64,000 nt of DNA from Thermoplasmatota archaeon (GTDB lineage: Archaea; Thermoplasmatota; Thermoplasmata; Halarchaeoplasmatales; Halarchaeoplasmataceae): positions 156-64,155 of the forward strand of contig JAGXLF010000003.1 of the NCBI GenBank assembly GCA_018334835.1, read 5' to 3'. Positions 36,916 through 50,880 of the stretch are shown here, in pieces. Every line of letters starts with the position of its first letter. Position 1 is the first letter of the stretch. The notes beneath the pieces were generated by a model, which searched no databases, was not told where the DNA came from, and saw only the letters and a list, made by a program, of their open reading frames with translations. The position numbers and the translations under genes were made by a program.

Positions 36916-37923
36916 ATGAATGAAGCGATGTTTTGGGAGGAAAAAGAAGATGGAAAAGTAAAATGCCATCTTTGTCCTCATAACTGTCTGATATCAAAGG
37001 GTGATAGAGGCCTTTGCAACGTTAGAGAAAATCAACACGGTACTTTGTATTCTTTGATATACGGTAAAGCCGCCTCTTTGGCTGTAGACCCGATTGAGAA
37101 AAAACCTCTGTATCACTTTCATCCGGGCAGTAAAGTTCTGTCTTACGGGACCATGGGATGCAATTTGTCCTGCAGCTTTTGTCAGAACGCTTCGCTCTCC
37201 TGCGGCGATCCCGATAGCAGCTATCTCAAAGAGCGCTCGGTCGAAGATATGATCAATGCGATTCTCCAGTATGATGGAATAGCTTGGACTTACAACGAGC
37301 CCACCATATCATACGAATTCAGCTACGACGTATTCAAAGAATTGAAGACCAATCACGACAAGTATACCGTCTATGTTACTAACGGTTACATCGAGGATGA
37401 ACCCCTCGATAAGATAATACCTTATCTCGACGCCATGAATATAGATATCAAAGCCTTCACCGAAGAATTTTATAGAGACATCGTCGGAGGTGAGCTTGAA
37501 CCGGTTCTTGACACCGCTAGACAGGCGGTCGAAAATGACGTTCACGTTGAAGTCACTTACCTGATTATACCAGGTCATAATGATTCTAAGGAAGAATTGA
37601 AAAAGTTCTCCCGATGGGTCCTACAAAATTTGGGAGAAGATAATGTCGTCCATTTTTCCCGCTTTCATCCGGACCACGAGATGAGAGATACCCCTGCAAC
37701 TTCGCCCAAAAAGATGAAAGAGGCTAGAGCGATAGCTCAAAATACAGGCCTAAATTTCGTTTACTTGGGCAATATGAGGGCGGATAACGACACGACGTGT
37801 CCGAACTGCGATACGACGATACTTTCACGCTCTTATTTCTCTTCTAGAAGATTGAGTCTGAAGGAAGGGAAATGTCCTAATTGTGGTAGAGAGATCCCCA
37901 TCGTAACTCACAGCACGGTATAG
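36916..37923 (+). CDS. AmmeMemoRadiSam-system radical SAM enzyme
   Basis: 335 aa. Motifs KVKCHLCPHNCLISKGDRGLCNVREN, DPIEKKPLYHFHPGS and GCNLSCSFCQN. Confidence 0.85.
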   Translation: MNEAMFWEEKEDGKVKCHLCPHNCLISKGDRGLCNVRENQHGTLYSLIYGKAASLAVDPIEKKPLYHFHPGSKVLSYGTMGCNLSCSFCQNASLSCGDPDSSYLKERSVEDMINAILQYDGIAWTYNEPTISYEFSYDVFKELKTNHDKYTVYVTNGYIEDEPLDKIIPYLDAMNIDIKAFTEEFYRDIVGGELEPVLDTARQAVENDVHVEVTYLIIPGHNDSKEELKKFSRWVLQNLGEDNVVHFSRFHPDHEMRDTPATSPKKMKEARAIAQNTGLNFVYLGNMRADNDTTCPNCDTTILSRSYFSSRRLSLKEGKCPNCGREIPIVTHSTV

Positions 37924-38693
37924 TCTATTTTATATTCCTCCTCGAGTTCTCTGTTCCTGTCGTTGAGTTTTTCTAGGACCTCGTCAAGATCATTTTTTGA
38001 CAGCATCAAAAGAACGTCGAGTCCTTTTTCAGCAGCGTTTATCGCTGAATCAACCGGAGCGAACTGTATATCTGGTTTTAGACTAATTATATTGCACAGA
38101 CCGTACTCCATTTCCCCCATAATTGCCAGCTTGTCGTATTCGATAGAGCTTATCTGAGACTGCAGTGCTTCAGCCTTTTCTCTCGCATCTCCATCGATAT
38201 CTTCTTCCAAAAGATAAAGTTCGCCCAGATTCATCTCTGTTATCCCTTGCAGTCCTCCAACTCTTAAGGGCTGTCCCTTTTCTACGCTGTTCAGGGCTGT
38301 ACCCATACTGGCAGATTCTTCTAGAGAAGCCCGAAGAAACCCGTTTTCCATCTGAAGACCGACTTTTTCACCCTCACGGATATTTTCAGAAGCTATCGCT
38401 GTACATGTAGAGATGAAATTTATTTTGTCACTCGCCTCGTCGAGGAACGATCCGAGTTTTGAAACCACTTCTCGGACCAGTTCCATCCCTTCGGATGTAG
38501 GACGATAAAAACTTCCCGACCTATCGATCAATCCTTCTTCTTCCATCTTCGAGATGTAATTGGATACTGCCTGCTCGCTCATGTCCAACTCGGAAGCTAA
38601 ATCCGCAAGTCTACTCGGTCTTTCCACGGCTGATTTATAGAGTACTAAGAATTTGGTCATTTTTGATTTGTCACGTAATACCTTCATACACAC
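37908..38693 (-). CDS. Winged-helix transcriptional regulator with an uncharacterised C-terminal domain
   Basis: 261 aa. N-terminal wHTH (LADLASELDMSEQAVSNYISKMEEEGLI). The C-terminal ~170 aa are unassigned. Confidence 0.6.
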   Translation of the reverse strand: MCMKVLRDKSKMTKFLVLYKSAVERPSRLADLASELDMSEQAVSNYISKMEEEGLIDRSGSFYRPTSEGMELVREVVSKLGSFLDEASDKINFISTCTAIASENIREGEKVGLQMENGFLRASLEESASMGTALNSVEKGQPLRVGGLQGITEMNLGELYLLEEDIDGDAREKAEALQSQISSIEYDKLAIMGEMEYGLCNIISLKPDIQFAPVDSAINAAEKGLDVLLMLSKNDLDEVLEKLNDRNRELEEEYKIDYTVL

Positions 38694-38856
38694 TCGTTAA
38701 CCGTTATGCAGGAGGGGATATAATTGCATTTTCTTTTTTGATCCTAAGGAGTCAAAAACTACAATCTAAAAATAAGTTGTAAGATATATAAAATATTTTG
38801 AGGGATTTCAGAAGGAAAGTTTCGAGGTAACCAATTGATAGCAATTTTATAAAAAT

Positions 38857-39864
38857 TTATCGTATCAGGTACTCGCCATTTTCCATTATCATTTCATCAT
38901 CAAACCACACGTCACACTTGGTGAGGATCATATCGAGATGTTCCGGACATTTCCAATCGGCACCTGTATCTCCCCCGAGAGGGTCTCCTAAGGCGATATG
39001 TACTCCTGGATACTTCTCATCCAAAAGAGAGTTATTGCTGAAATTTTCAAGGAAGATGTTGGTACCCAGACCGAATTCACCGACAATAGATGAACACTCA
39101 TGTTTAGACAAGTAATCTTTCACTTCTTTCTCGATTTCGTCGTTATCACAGGATATCTGGGTCGAGTGAGGTTTTTCATTGTTCTCCACCATAACGGTTA
39201 AAGGGGTTTCAACCAGATCTGAGTGTGGGAATTTATTGGGAAAGTAATCTCCCAGCAATCCGTCGACTACGATCTTCCCTTCCATGGTCAATGGCGCAGT
39301 ATATACCTCTCCATCGGGTAGATTCCCCCAATGGTTCGGTTCGTGGTAAATCCCATCGGAAGGGACCCATCTTCGTTTGTCAGAAAAAGTGACCTCTATG
39401 TCCGTACCCTGCTCGTTCTTGACCCTGATGGTGTCAACATCTTTGGCCTTTTGAGCTAGATGATTTGTAAATTCACTTATTTTATTGTAATCCACGGTCA
39501 TCCCGCATTCCATGACCTTTTTGGTCACATTCACCATGTGTCCGTGTCTTCCTCCGGCTAGGGCGTTTTCGATAAAAGGCTGTCTCACTGACTCGAGTTC
39601 TCCCTCATATGAGTGTGCGGTCCAAAAAGTGACGTCCGCTCGTTCGACTTCGTTTTTTATAACATCGGGAAATGTAGAGAGTGGTCGATTTCCATAGCTA
39701 TCTAAATTGAAAAATTCGACATGGTCCGTTATTTCGAAAGCGGCTTCCTTCAATTTCTTCCCGATGTTTAACGTGCTGTCATCTGAAAGTATCACGAGAT
39801 CCTCATCAGGTTTGACACCCATGCAGGTCTTTACCGCTGTTTTAGCGCCTTCTTCGAGTAACAA
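38857..39864 (-). CDS. M29-family (aminopeptidase T/PepS-like) aminopeptidase
   Basis: 335 aa. Overall pattern (..VILSDD.., ..GEVYTAP.., ..GVHIALG..) fits the family. TTG is the only start codon in the open frame. Confidence 0.6.
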   Translation of the reverse strand: MLLEEGAKTAVKTCMGVKPDEDLVILSDDSTLNIGKKLKEAAFEITDHVEFFNLDSYGNRPLSTFPDVIKNEVERADVTFWTAHSYEGELESVRQPFIENALAGGRHGHMVNVTKKVMECGMTVDYNKISEFTNHLAQKAKDVDTIRVKNEQGTDIEVTFSDKRRWVPSDGIYHEPNHWGNLPDGEVYTAPLTMEGKIVVDGLLGDYFPNKFPHSDLVETPLTVMVENNEKPHSTQISCDNDEIEKEVKDYLSKHECSSIVGEFGLGTNIFLENFSNNSLLDEKYPGVHIALGDPLGGDTGADWKCPEHLDMILTKCDVWFDDEMIMENGEYLIR

Positions 39865-40026
39865 ATTATCATCCCAATTCTAACTTCTATGACCTTCACA
39901 AAACTACCATCATATAATGTTTTGGGACAAAGACTAGATATCATAACTTATATTCTCCTATCTAAGTAAATAACATTAGTCAAAAAAAGAAAACATTTAT
40001 TATATTCTGATGACTGTTTTTCAGAT

Positions 40027-41058
40027 ATGGGATTTAGATCTGAGATCAAGAGATATTGCAGGAATACTGAAAGGAGCGATAGAAGAGATCTAATCGCTCA
40101 TTGGGATGAAGAGGAACTCTACAAAGGAAAGATAAAAGACGTCTTTTCTCTCATATTTCGCACTAGGGGCTGTTATCGTTCATACAGCTCAGGTTGCTCC
40201 ATGTGCGGCTATTATACCGATACTAATCCCGATATCACGGTGGAAGATATTCAATCTCAATTAAAGGAAGCTCTTTCTCATTACGAAGGAGAGGAGATCG
40301 TAAAGATCTACACATCCGGAAGTTTTCTCGATAGAGATGAGATAGATGAGGAGACATCCTTTGATATACTGGAGAGTTTTGATGCGGAGAAGATCGTTAT
40401 CGAGACCAGACCGGAATTCGTTGAGAGAGACCGCATCAGAAGATTTTCACAAACTGTGAACGAATTGGAATTAGCTATCGGACTCGAATCCTCGAATGAT
40501 TTCGTTCTAGAGAATTGTATAAACAAAGGTTTCCTCTTCAAAGATTATAAAAAGAGTGTGGAGGAAATATCGGATCTAATTTCTGTCAGAACATATCTAC
40601 TCTTGAAACCCCCTTTCTTGACAGAAAAGGAGGCTATAGAAGACCTTACAGATTCTATACAGATGATTTCGGACCTGACAGATATAATATCTATCAATCC
40701 GGTTAACGTTCAGAAAGGTACGTTGTTAGAAGAACTATGGCATAAGGATCTTTACAGTCCGCCTTGGCTTTGGTCCATAATTGAGGCTATATCGTCTCTT
40801 GATAAGATTGACAAGCCGATATTCGTCTCTAGAGCCGGACTCGGATCGGACAGAGGCTCTAGCAACTGTGAAGAATGTAACGCTAGAGTGCTTGAGTTGA
40901 TAGAGTCATTCAACAAGAATCAAGAAGTGTCCACATTGAACAAAACTCCTGAATGTGACTGCAGGAGCAGATGGAAAATCGAGAAAGAGATAGAACCATA
41001 CCTTCATTTCAGAGGTTCGCCTGAGATACTAAGCAACAGATACGCTGGATACGTCTGA
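40027..41058 (+). CDS. Radical SAM protein of the archaeosine-biosynthesis RaSEA (TIGR01210-like) type
   Basis: 343 aa. Motifs ..FRTRGCYRSYSSGCSMCGYYTD.. and ..IETRPEF.. . The assignment is from memory of the family and needs an HMM search. Confidence 0.5.
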   Translation: MGFRSEIKRYCRNTERSDRRDLIAHWDEEELYKGKIKDVFSLIFRTRGCYRSYSSGCSMCGYYTDTNPDITVEDIQSQLKEALSHYEGEEIVKIYTSGSFLDRDEIDEETSFDILESFDAEKIVIETRPEFVERDRIRRFSQTVNELELAIGLESSNDFVLENCINKGFLFKDYKKSVEEISDLISVRTYLLLKPPFLTEKEAIEDLTDSIQMISDLTDIISINPVNVQKGTLLEELWHKDLYSPPWLWSIIEAISSLDKIDKPIFVSRAGLGSDRGSSNCEECNARVLELIESFNKNQEVSTLNKTPECDCRSRWKIEKEIEPYLHFRGSPEILSNRYAGYV

Positions 41059-41466
41059 GTGCCTCATCATAATCTTTCTCGCTATGGAAAGATTTCTTCC
41101 CTCTTTCCCTATCGCACGGGCTTTATTTTCTTGTGCTACTTCTACCGTTCCGTGCTTCACATCGTTTTTATTCTCGATCTCTACGTCTTTCACGTCATAG
41201 CTATAAAATATGTTTTCGAGTAGTTTCTCTGCATCTTCACTGAACTCTATGACATGAACGTTCCTATCTATAGCGTCGCTGATCTTTGTTACGTTTTTAC
41301 CCCCCTTGCCGATAGCTTTCTGTATTGACCCTTCGGAAACAAGAAATATTACCTTTTCGGGGATATCTATGCAGTCGACGACTTCAGTATCCGTGATCTT
41401 CTCAAAAACAGAGATATACCGGAGAGTTTTTTCATTAAAAGTGATATCTTCTACACTTTCAGCCAT
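41029..41466 (-). CDS. nusA: Archaeal NusA-like KH-domain protein
   Basis: 145 aa with two KH motifs (GKGGKNV, GKEGRNL). Conserved position after rpl30e. Confidence 0.9.
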   Translation of the reverse strand: MAESVEDITFNEKTLRYISVFEKITDTEVVDCIDIPEKVIFLVSEGSIQKAIGKGGKNVTKISDAIDRNVHVIEFSEDAEKLLENIFYSYDVKDVEIENKNDVKHGTVEVAQENKARAIGKEGRNLSIARKIMMRHSDVSSVSVA

Positions 41467-41468
41467 GC

Positions 41469-41759
41469 TTATTCCGCCCTCAAAGAGAGTATATTCGAAT
41501 TTCCAGCGTCTTTTATCGAGAGGGTGGAAACTGCAAAGGGTTTTCCCGCTGCTGACCCTAACTGTTTGTTGTTTCCTTTGTAGGTGTATATAGGAACTCC
41601 CTCGTATTCCTTACCATCCTTTAAACTCTCGTCGGGACAGTTAGACGCCACTACGAGGAGTTCACATTCTTCCTCTTCGGCGTTGTTCTTTGATTCTTTG
41701 ATACCGAAATCGACCGTTCCCGTGTTAACGGCCATCCTAATTTCTCTATTTACATCCAT
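41469..41759 (-). CDS. rpl30e: 50S ribosomal protein L30e
   Basis: 96 aa. Pattern ..AVNTGTVDFGIKES.. ..LLVVASNCP.. fits the family. Conserved position after rpoA2. Confidence 0.9.
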   Translation of the reverse strand: MDVNREIRMAVNTGTVDFGIKESKNNAEEEECELLVVASNCPDESLKDGKEYEGVPIYTYKGNNKQLGSAAGKPFAVSTLSIKDAGNSNILSLRAE

Positions 41760-41829
41760 TCTAGCACCAACTTTCTGTATTAATCATCATCTCAATCATT
41801 ACGCTGGTATTTATGATTTTTTAAAGAAT

Positions 41830-45949
<4,120 letters not shown>

Positions 45950-45953
<4 letters not shown>

Positions 45954-48900
45954 CTTTGATCCTCCACATTTAAACGCATGGTTACTCCAAGTGATCTCAA
46001 CTCATCCATCAAAAGTTTGAAAGCGAAACTGGTCTGGATCTGATGTATATCTGATTTCTCTCCACAGACCGGACATCTTAACTCTCCATTACTGTCAAGG
46101 ATGGCGATATGCCCACAGTCTGGATTGCCGCAGACATACTCTGAGGTCCCGTCCGATTGATCGAGCAAACGATCTTTTATAACCATAGCTGTACCGTGAC
46201 CTATAAGACAGTTCCTCTCCATCTCTCCGAATCTCAAACCTCCTTTACGCGAACGTCCTTCTGTAGGCTGTCTCGTCAGTATCTGAACAGGTCCTCTAGA
46301 TCTGCTGTGAAGCTTGTTTGATACCATGTGATGTAATTTCTGGTAATAGATGACCCCCATGTATATCTCCGCTTCTAACATCTCACCGCTCTTTCCATCG
46401 TACAATATCTCGGTACCGTTGGGTTTGAAACCCGCTTCTTTAAGTGCTTCTTTAAGCCCCTCTTCACTCTCTCCACTGAAAGGCGTACCATCTATGGTCC
46501 TACCTTTCAATGAGGCGACTTTTCCTCCTAGCATCTCGAGCATGTGCGCCACCGTCATCCTAGACGGCATCGCGTGTGGATTGACGATAAGGTCTGGAAC
46601 GACTCCATTTTCTGTGAAAGGCAGATCTTCGGGTTCGACCAACTTTCCTATAACACCTTTTTGACCGTGTCTAGAGGTGAACTTATCTCCAAGTTCAGGG
46701 ATCCTCTGGTCCCTTATCTTTGTTTTCACCACTCTGCTTCCGTCCTCGGACTCTGTGAGCATAACGGAATCGATCCAACCCTTCTCTCTAGGTCTGACTA
46801 TCTCAGAGGTCTCTCTTCTTTTCTGAGGAGCCATGAGATCGGTATCCTCTTCCAGGAACCTGGGCGGTGATGTTTTTCCAACGATGACTTCACCTCCATC
46901 TACATTGGTCTCGGGGCTTATCAACCCATCTTTATCCAATTTGTTGTACTGTTGATCACTTCTAGCTCCACGGACATCGGGATCAGGGATCTCGAATTCG
47001 TCCTCCTGACCGCCGGGGTACTTTCTTTCTTCGGCAGTGTAAGTTCTGAAGAAAGTCGATCTCGCCAGAGCTCTATCAATCGCTGCCCTGTTCATGATGA
47101 CGGCGTCTTCCATATTATACCCGTGATAAGGCATGACAGCGACCACAAAATTCTGTCCTGCGGGCCTTTTATTGTAATTGACCAACTCCATCGTCTTTGT
47201 CTGGATAAGTGATAACTGCGGGTAGTGAAGCAGGTGTTCTCTAGTGTCGGGTCTACTCCTGTAGTTTGAAGCGTTGAGTCCCAGAGCCTGTTTCATCATG
47301 TTAGCTCCCATGGAGCAGCGGGGAGCGGCGTTGTGTTCCGCGAAGGGGACGAGACCTGTTGAAGCGCCGAGCATGAGAAGTGGATCGACTTCCATATGAG
47401 TATGCTCTTCCTCTATGTTGGATTCAAATTCCATCTTTTCACCGCATTTCCTGCATTCGAGTTCTGCGATCTCCTCTCCTTCACCCATATTGATCCATTT
47501 CAGGTCTGCCTCGGAAAGAGGCTCCTCACAGTGTTTACACATCTTTGGTATATCGAAAGGATAGAGCGCAACATACAAGTCCTCCTCCTCTTCAGCGTCT
47601 ATCCACTCTATATAACCTTCTTCCAAGAGGGAATCGATATCTCTCTTATCTTGCTCGAGTTCTTCTATGATATCAGTGGTGAAGTTAACACTTCCGTCTT
47701 CGATTGTCAGAAGCGGTCTCCGGACTCTTCCTTCGTCACAGTTCACTATCACTTCGTTCATTTTTTCGTCAAATCTCAGATTGACCTGTCTGGAGATCTC
47801 TCCTTCTCTCCTAGCGTTTCTTACCCGTTTCACGAATTCGTCTGGTTCTTTGACGATACCGACGAGATCTCCGTTGAGATACGCCTTCGTAGTTGCTTCC
47901 TCATCGGTCCCCATCTCTTTTAGACCAAGATCATGGAGTTTCCACCGGACCTCCATCGCTTCTGCTCCCTTCGAAACGTTGATCATGAGCGCTGAGGTTT
48001 TCACCAAACCACAGTTCTGCCCTTCAGGAGTTTCGTTGGGGCAAAGTCTGCCCCAATGAGTAGGATGGAGTTCTCTAGCTTCGAAGTGAGGTTGACTTCT
48101 AGATAAAGGTGATTTTACCCTCCTGAGATGGCTTATAGTGGCCATATTGGAGGTCCGATCAAGCAATTGGGAGATCCCTGTTCTTCCGCCGACCCAGTTT
48201 CCAGTGGCCATGGCGTGCTGTAATTTGTTACTCAAAAGGTCGGGTCTTATGGAAGACTTGATCCTTATAGGCTGCTCCTCTTTCTTCTTCCTGTAGTTCC
48301 TCTCGAGCTGATATTTGAGGTCCTTAAGTAGATTTACGACTGAAACTCTGAAAAGATCCGACATAAGGTCGCCTGCGAGCTTCAATCTTTTGTTAGCGTA
48401 GTGATCCTTGTCATCGGCTTCTCTTTCTCCCATGTAAAGTTCGAGTATAGCTCTAGCCATCCTTCCCAGGAATACTGCCTTTTTCATCCTGTTCTCTTTT
48501 TTATCGCCGAGGTGGGGCAGGAGAGACCTGTCCAGTATCGATTCAATCTTTCTACGCCTGTATTCTTCTGCCTGTCCTGTAGCGAACTTCCTTTCGAGGT
48601 AAGCCAGTGCATCTTCCTGATCATACACACCCTCTGGGGAGTACTCTTCCTCCTCCTGACACATCTCTATATTGGCGAAAACAAGACTCGCCATCTCGGG
48701 CTCTGTTACTATAGAATTATAGATCTGCTCGTCTTTTTCCATCCCTAACGCTTTCATCAAGATGATCAGAGGGATGTCTCCACGAGCCGAAGGAACTGAG
48801 ACGCTTATCATACCGTCTTTTTTTCTTTCGAGCCTCGTCATGGCTCTAAAACCGTGTCTCTGAGAGAATATCTTCGCTACTTCGTGCTCTCTCCCGTACT

Positions 48901-49582
48901 TCTCGTTGATCTCGCACATCACTCTGTTGGTTGCCATATCTTCTACTGCCATCAAGTTCCTTTCAGTTCCGCCGATGATGAAATAACCTTGCGGATCGAC
49001 AGGATCTTCGCCGAGTTCCGTGAGCTTGTCTTCTCGGGACATCTCGGTAAATTCATTGCTCTCTTGATTCATGTTGAGCACTTCTTCTACCGTTTTGTCA
49101 AGGTTGTCGGGGTGAAGATTACATATCTTCGATCCTATCATTACCGGCAGTCTACCTATAGATATCCATCTAGGTTCTTCTTCAACACCCTCTCGTATGA
49201 CATTGAACTTCATCTCCAGTTCCGCATCGTAGTATAGATCTCTCAACCTTGCTTCGTGAGGTGTAAGTCTGTGTTCGGAACCGCTCGCTTCTTTTATCGT
49301 CGGTTTTTTCATCCGTATCGTGGGTTCAGAATTTGCAGGCAGCCTCCCATCTTCGAGCCTTTTCCTACCGACCCTTATCTCTATGTCTTCACCTTCCACT
49401 TTTTCTGGATCGAGTTTGATCTTACCCCATCCTCCTTCGTCGAATCCTATCCTTATGTTATCGATTATTTTCTGTGCCCTGTTGTTCGGATTATCCGCTG
49501 TAGGTAAAAAATCGTTGTACGATTCTATATGGTGCCCCACTACATCTGCTTCCTCAAAAAAAGCATCTACGAGTTCTCTCAT
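45950..49582 (-). CDS. rpoB: DNA-directed RNA polymerase subunit B (unsplit)
   Basis: 1210 aa. Motifs SRHGQKGV, GLRFGEMERNCLIGHG and a C-terminal Zn ribbon CGNPDCGH..CPVCG. An extra internal CxxC..CxxC insertion is present. Confidence 0.97.
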
Positions 49583-49627
49583 ATCATATCATCCTCTATA
49601 AATATAAAGCAAATTTGACAGATCATT

Positions 49628-49894
49628 TCAATCACGTTTGACCACTAGGCGGTAAGCCTTTGCAGAATCGGCTGTTCTGCTTTTCCTTTTGACCTCGATT
49701 ATCCTTCCAACATTTATCTCGCCATGTACTTTTTCAAGCTGTCTTAACGCAGGATCTGATTTCCGTATCTTCGGTAAGTTCTCTCTCTTGATTTTGAGTT
49801 CCTCTAGAATCTCTTTCTCTTCTTCCTTAGGCACGAGTTTATGTTCGGGAACAAGCCCGTGCTCCAATATGTTTATTTCATCCTTTTTACCCAT
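49628..49894 (-). CDS. rpoH: DNA-directed RNA polymerase subunit H
   Basis: Rpb5-C-like sequence: MGKKDEINILEHGLVPEHKLV..LPKIRKSDPALR..IIEVKRKSRTADSAKAYRLVV. I trimmed the start from the track's 50041 to the ATG at 49894 because the upstream part overlaps a tRNA gene. Confidence 0.88.
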   Translation of the reverse strand: MGKKDEINILEHGLVPEHKLVPKEEEKEILEELKIKRENLPKIRKSDPALRQLEKVHGEINVGRIIEVKRKSRTADSAKAYRLVVKRD

Positions 49895-49941
49895 TTTTGT
49901 TCCCCTTCTTTTGAACTTATAGACAGAGGTAATGTGATCGA

Positions 49942-50076
49942 CGGGCCTGTGGGGATTTCCGAGAATCACCATTCGATGATCCATTTTCGAACCCCAGGCC
50001 ATCTGGTTAAAAGCCAGATGCTCTATCCAGGGAGAGAGCACATTATCTCTCTCCTACCTGGCTGAGCTACAGGCCC
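49942..50076 (-). tRNA. tRNA-Lys (anticodon TTT) with two ~30-nt non-canonical introns (D-loop and T-loop)
   Basis: The reverse complement folds with acceptor GGGCCTG/CAGGCCC, D stem GCTC/GAGC, anticodon arm TCTGG-CTTTTAA-CCAGA and T stem TGGGG/CCCCA. All stems are perfect, but the D-loop is 40 nt and the T-loop is 37 nt. Confidence 0.75.
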
Positions 50077-50162
50077 ATCAATGACGAACTGCAACTACCG
50101 ATTTAACCCTAACATGTATTTAAATGTGTTCCTTTGGGCCGATCGATTTCAGGCTTCTTCAA

Positions 50163-50708
50163 TCAACGCTCGATCCATACCTTATCGAGAGGTCTTTTCG
50201 GAACGTGCAGTTGTCCATTTTTGTGATAATATTCTACTTTTTCTTCGCTTTCGATGACCTGGGGATCTTCTGCAGGGTAGCCCAGGGCAACCATAAGTTC
50301 TAGTTCGTAGTTGTTCGGTACAGGCAGTATCTCCTCCAACTCTTCCTTGTCTATAGCTCCAAGGATACAGCTGCCGATCCCTTCGTTCAGCGCCGTCAAA
50401 CATATGTTGTTTGCGGCTATACCCGCATCTGTTTTGAGCCCAGTATCGATCTTCTTTATTATCGCAATATAGGCTCTGGGCATCTCTTCCTCTGTCGGAT
50501 CCCAGTCGAGATAACCGGCCCAGTTGGTGTGTTCGAAGACCGTCTCTAGTTTTTCGGTGACAGTTATGAATTTCAATGGTTGTTTGTTTGCTCCGCTCGG
50601 AGATAATCTTGCGGCGTTGACGCATTTTTTCAGAACACTCTTTGGCACTTCTTCATCCTTGTATCTTCTTATGCTCCTTCTGTTTTTGATGGCCTCATAA
50701 ACATCCAT
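50163..50708 (-). CDS. Nitroreductase-family protein
   Basis: MDVYEAIKNRRSIRRYKDEEVP..ARLSPSGANKQP.. . The start is trimmed to the ATG at 50708; the track's 50792 adds 28 unlikely residues. Confidence 0.85.
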   Translation of the reverse strand: MDVYEAIKNRRSIRRYKDEEVPKSVLKKCVNAARLSPSGANKQPLKFITVTEKLETVFEHTNWAGYLDWDPTEEEMPRAYIAIIKKIDTGLKTDAGIAANNICLTALNEGIGSCILGAIDKEELEEILPVPNNYELELMVALGYPAEDPQVIESEEKVEYYHKNGQLHVPKRPLDKVWIER

Positions 50709-50880
50709 TGAAAACACCTCTATCTCTTGGAAGTCGATATCTTGTAAAGACTTATTAATAATGTTTCGACAATGTATAAATATGAAAAACATCAGCCCCC
50801 GGCACTCAAAAATCAGGACAAATCATTTATATTCGTAACTAGCTACATAAGTTAACTTTAGATTGATATGGTGGAAAAAG

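Noticed and set aside
49895-50041. The N-terminal 49 codons of the 137-aa ORF 49628..50041, which would extend rpoH.
   Set aside because: This stretch (MLSPWIEHLAFNQMAWGSK..) is the antisense/sense shadow of the tRNA-Lys gene (49942-50076) and has no RpoH similarity. The conserved RpoH sequence starts at the ATG at 49894.
50182-50625. A 147-aa Arg-rich ORF in a second frame of the nitroreductase gene, and the 28-codon N-terminal extension to 50792.
   Set aside because: The nitroreductase frame carries the family motifs (RRSIRRY, SPSGANKQP). The alternative frame is Arg-rich noise, and the extension (MFFIFIHCRNIINK..) has no support.
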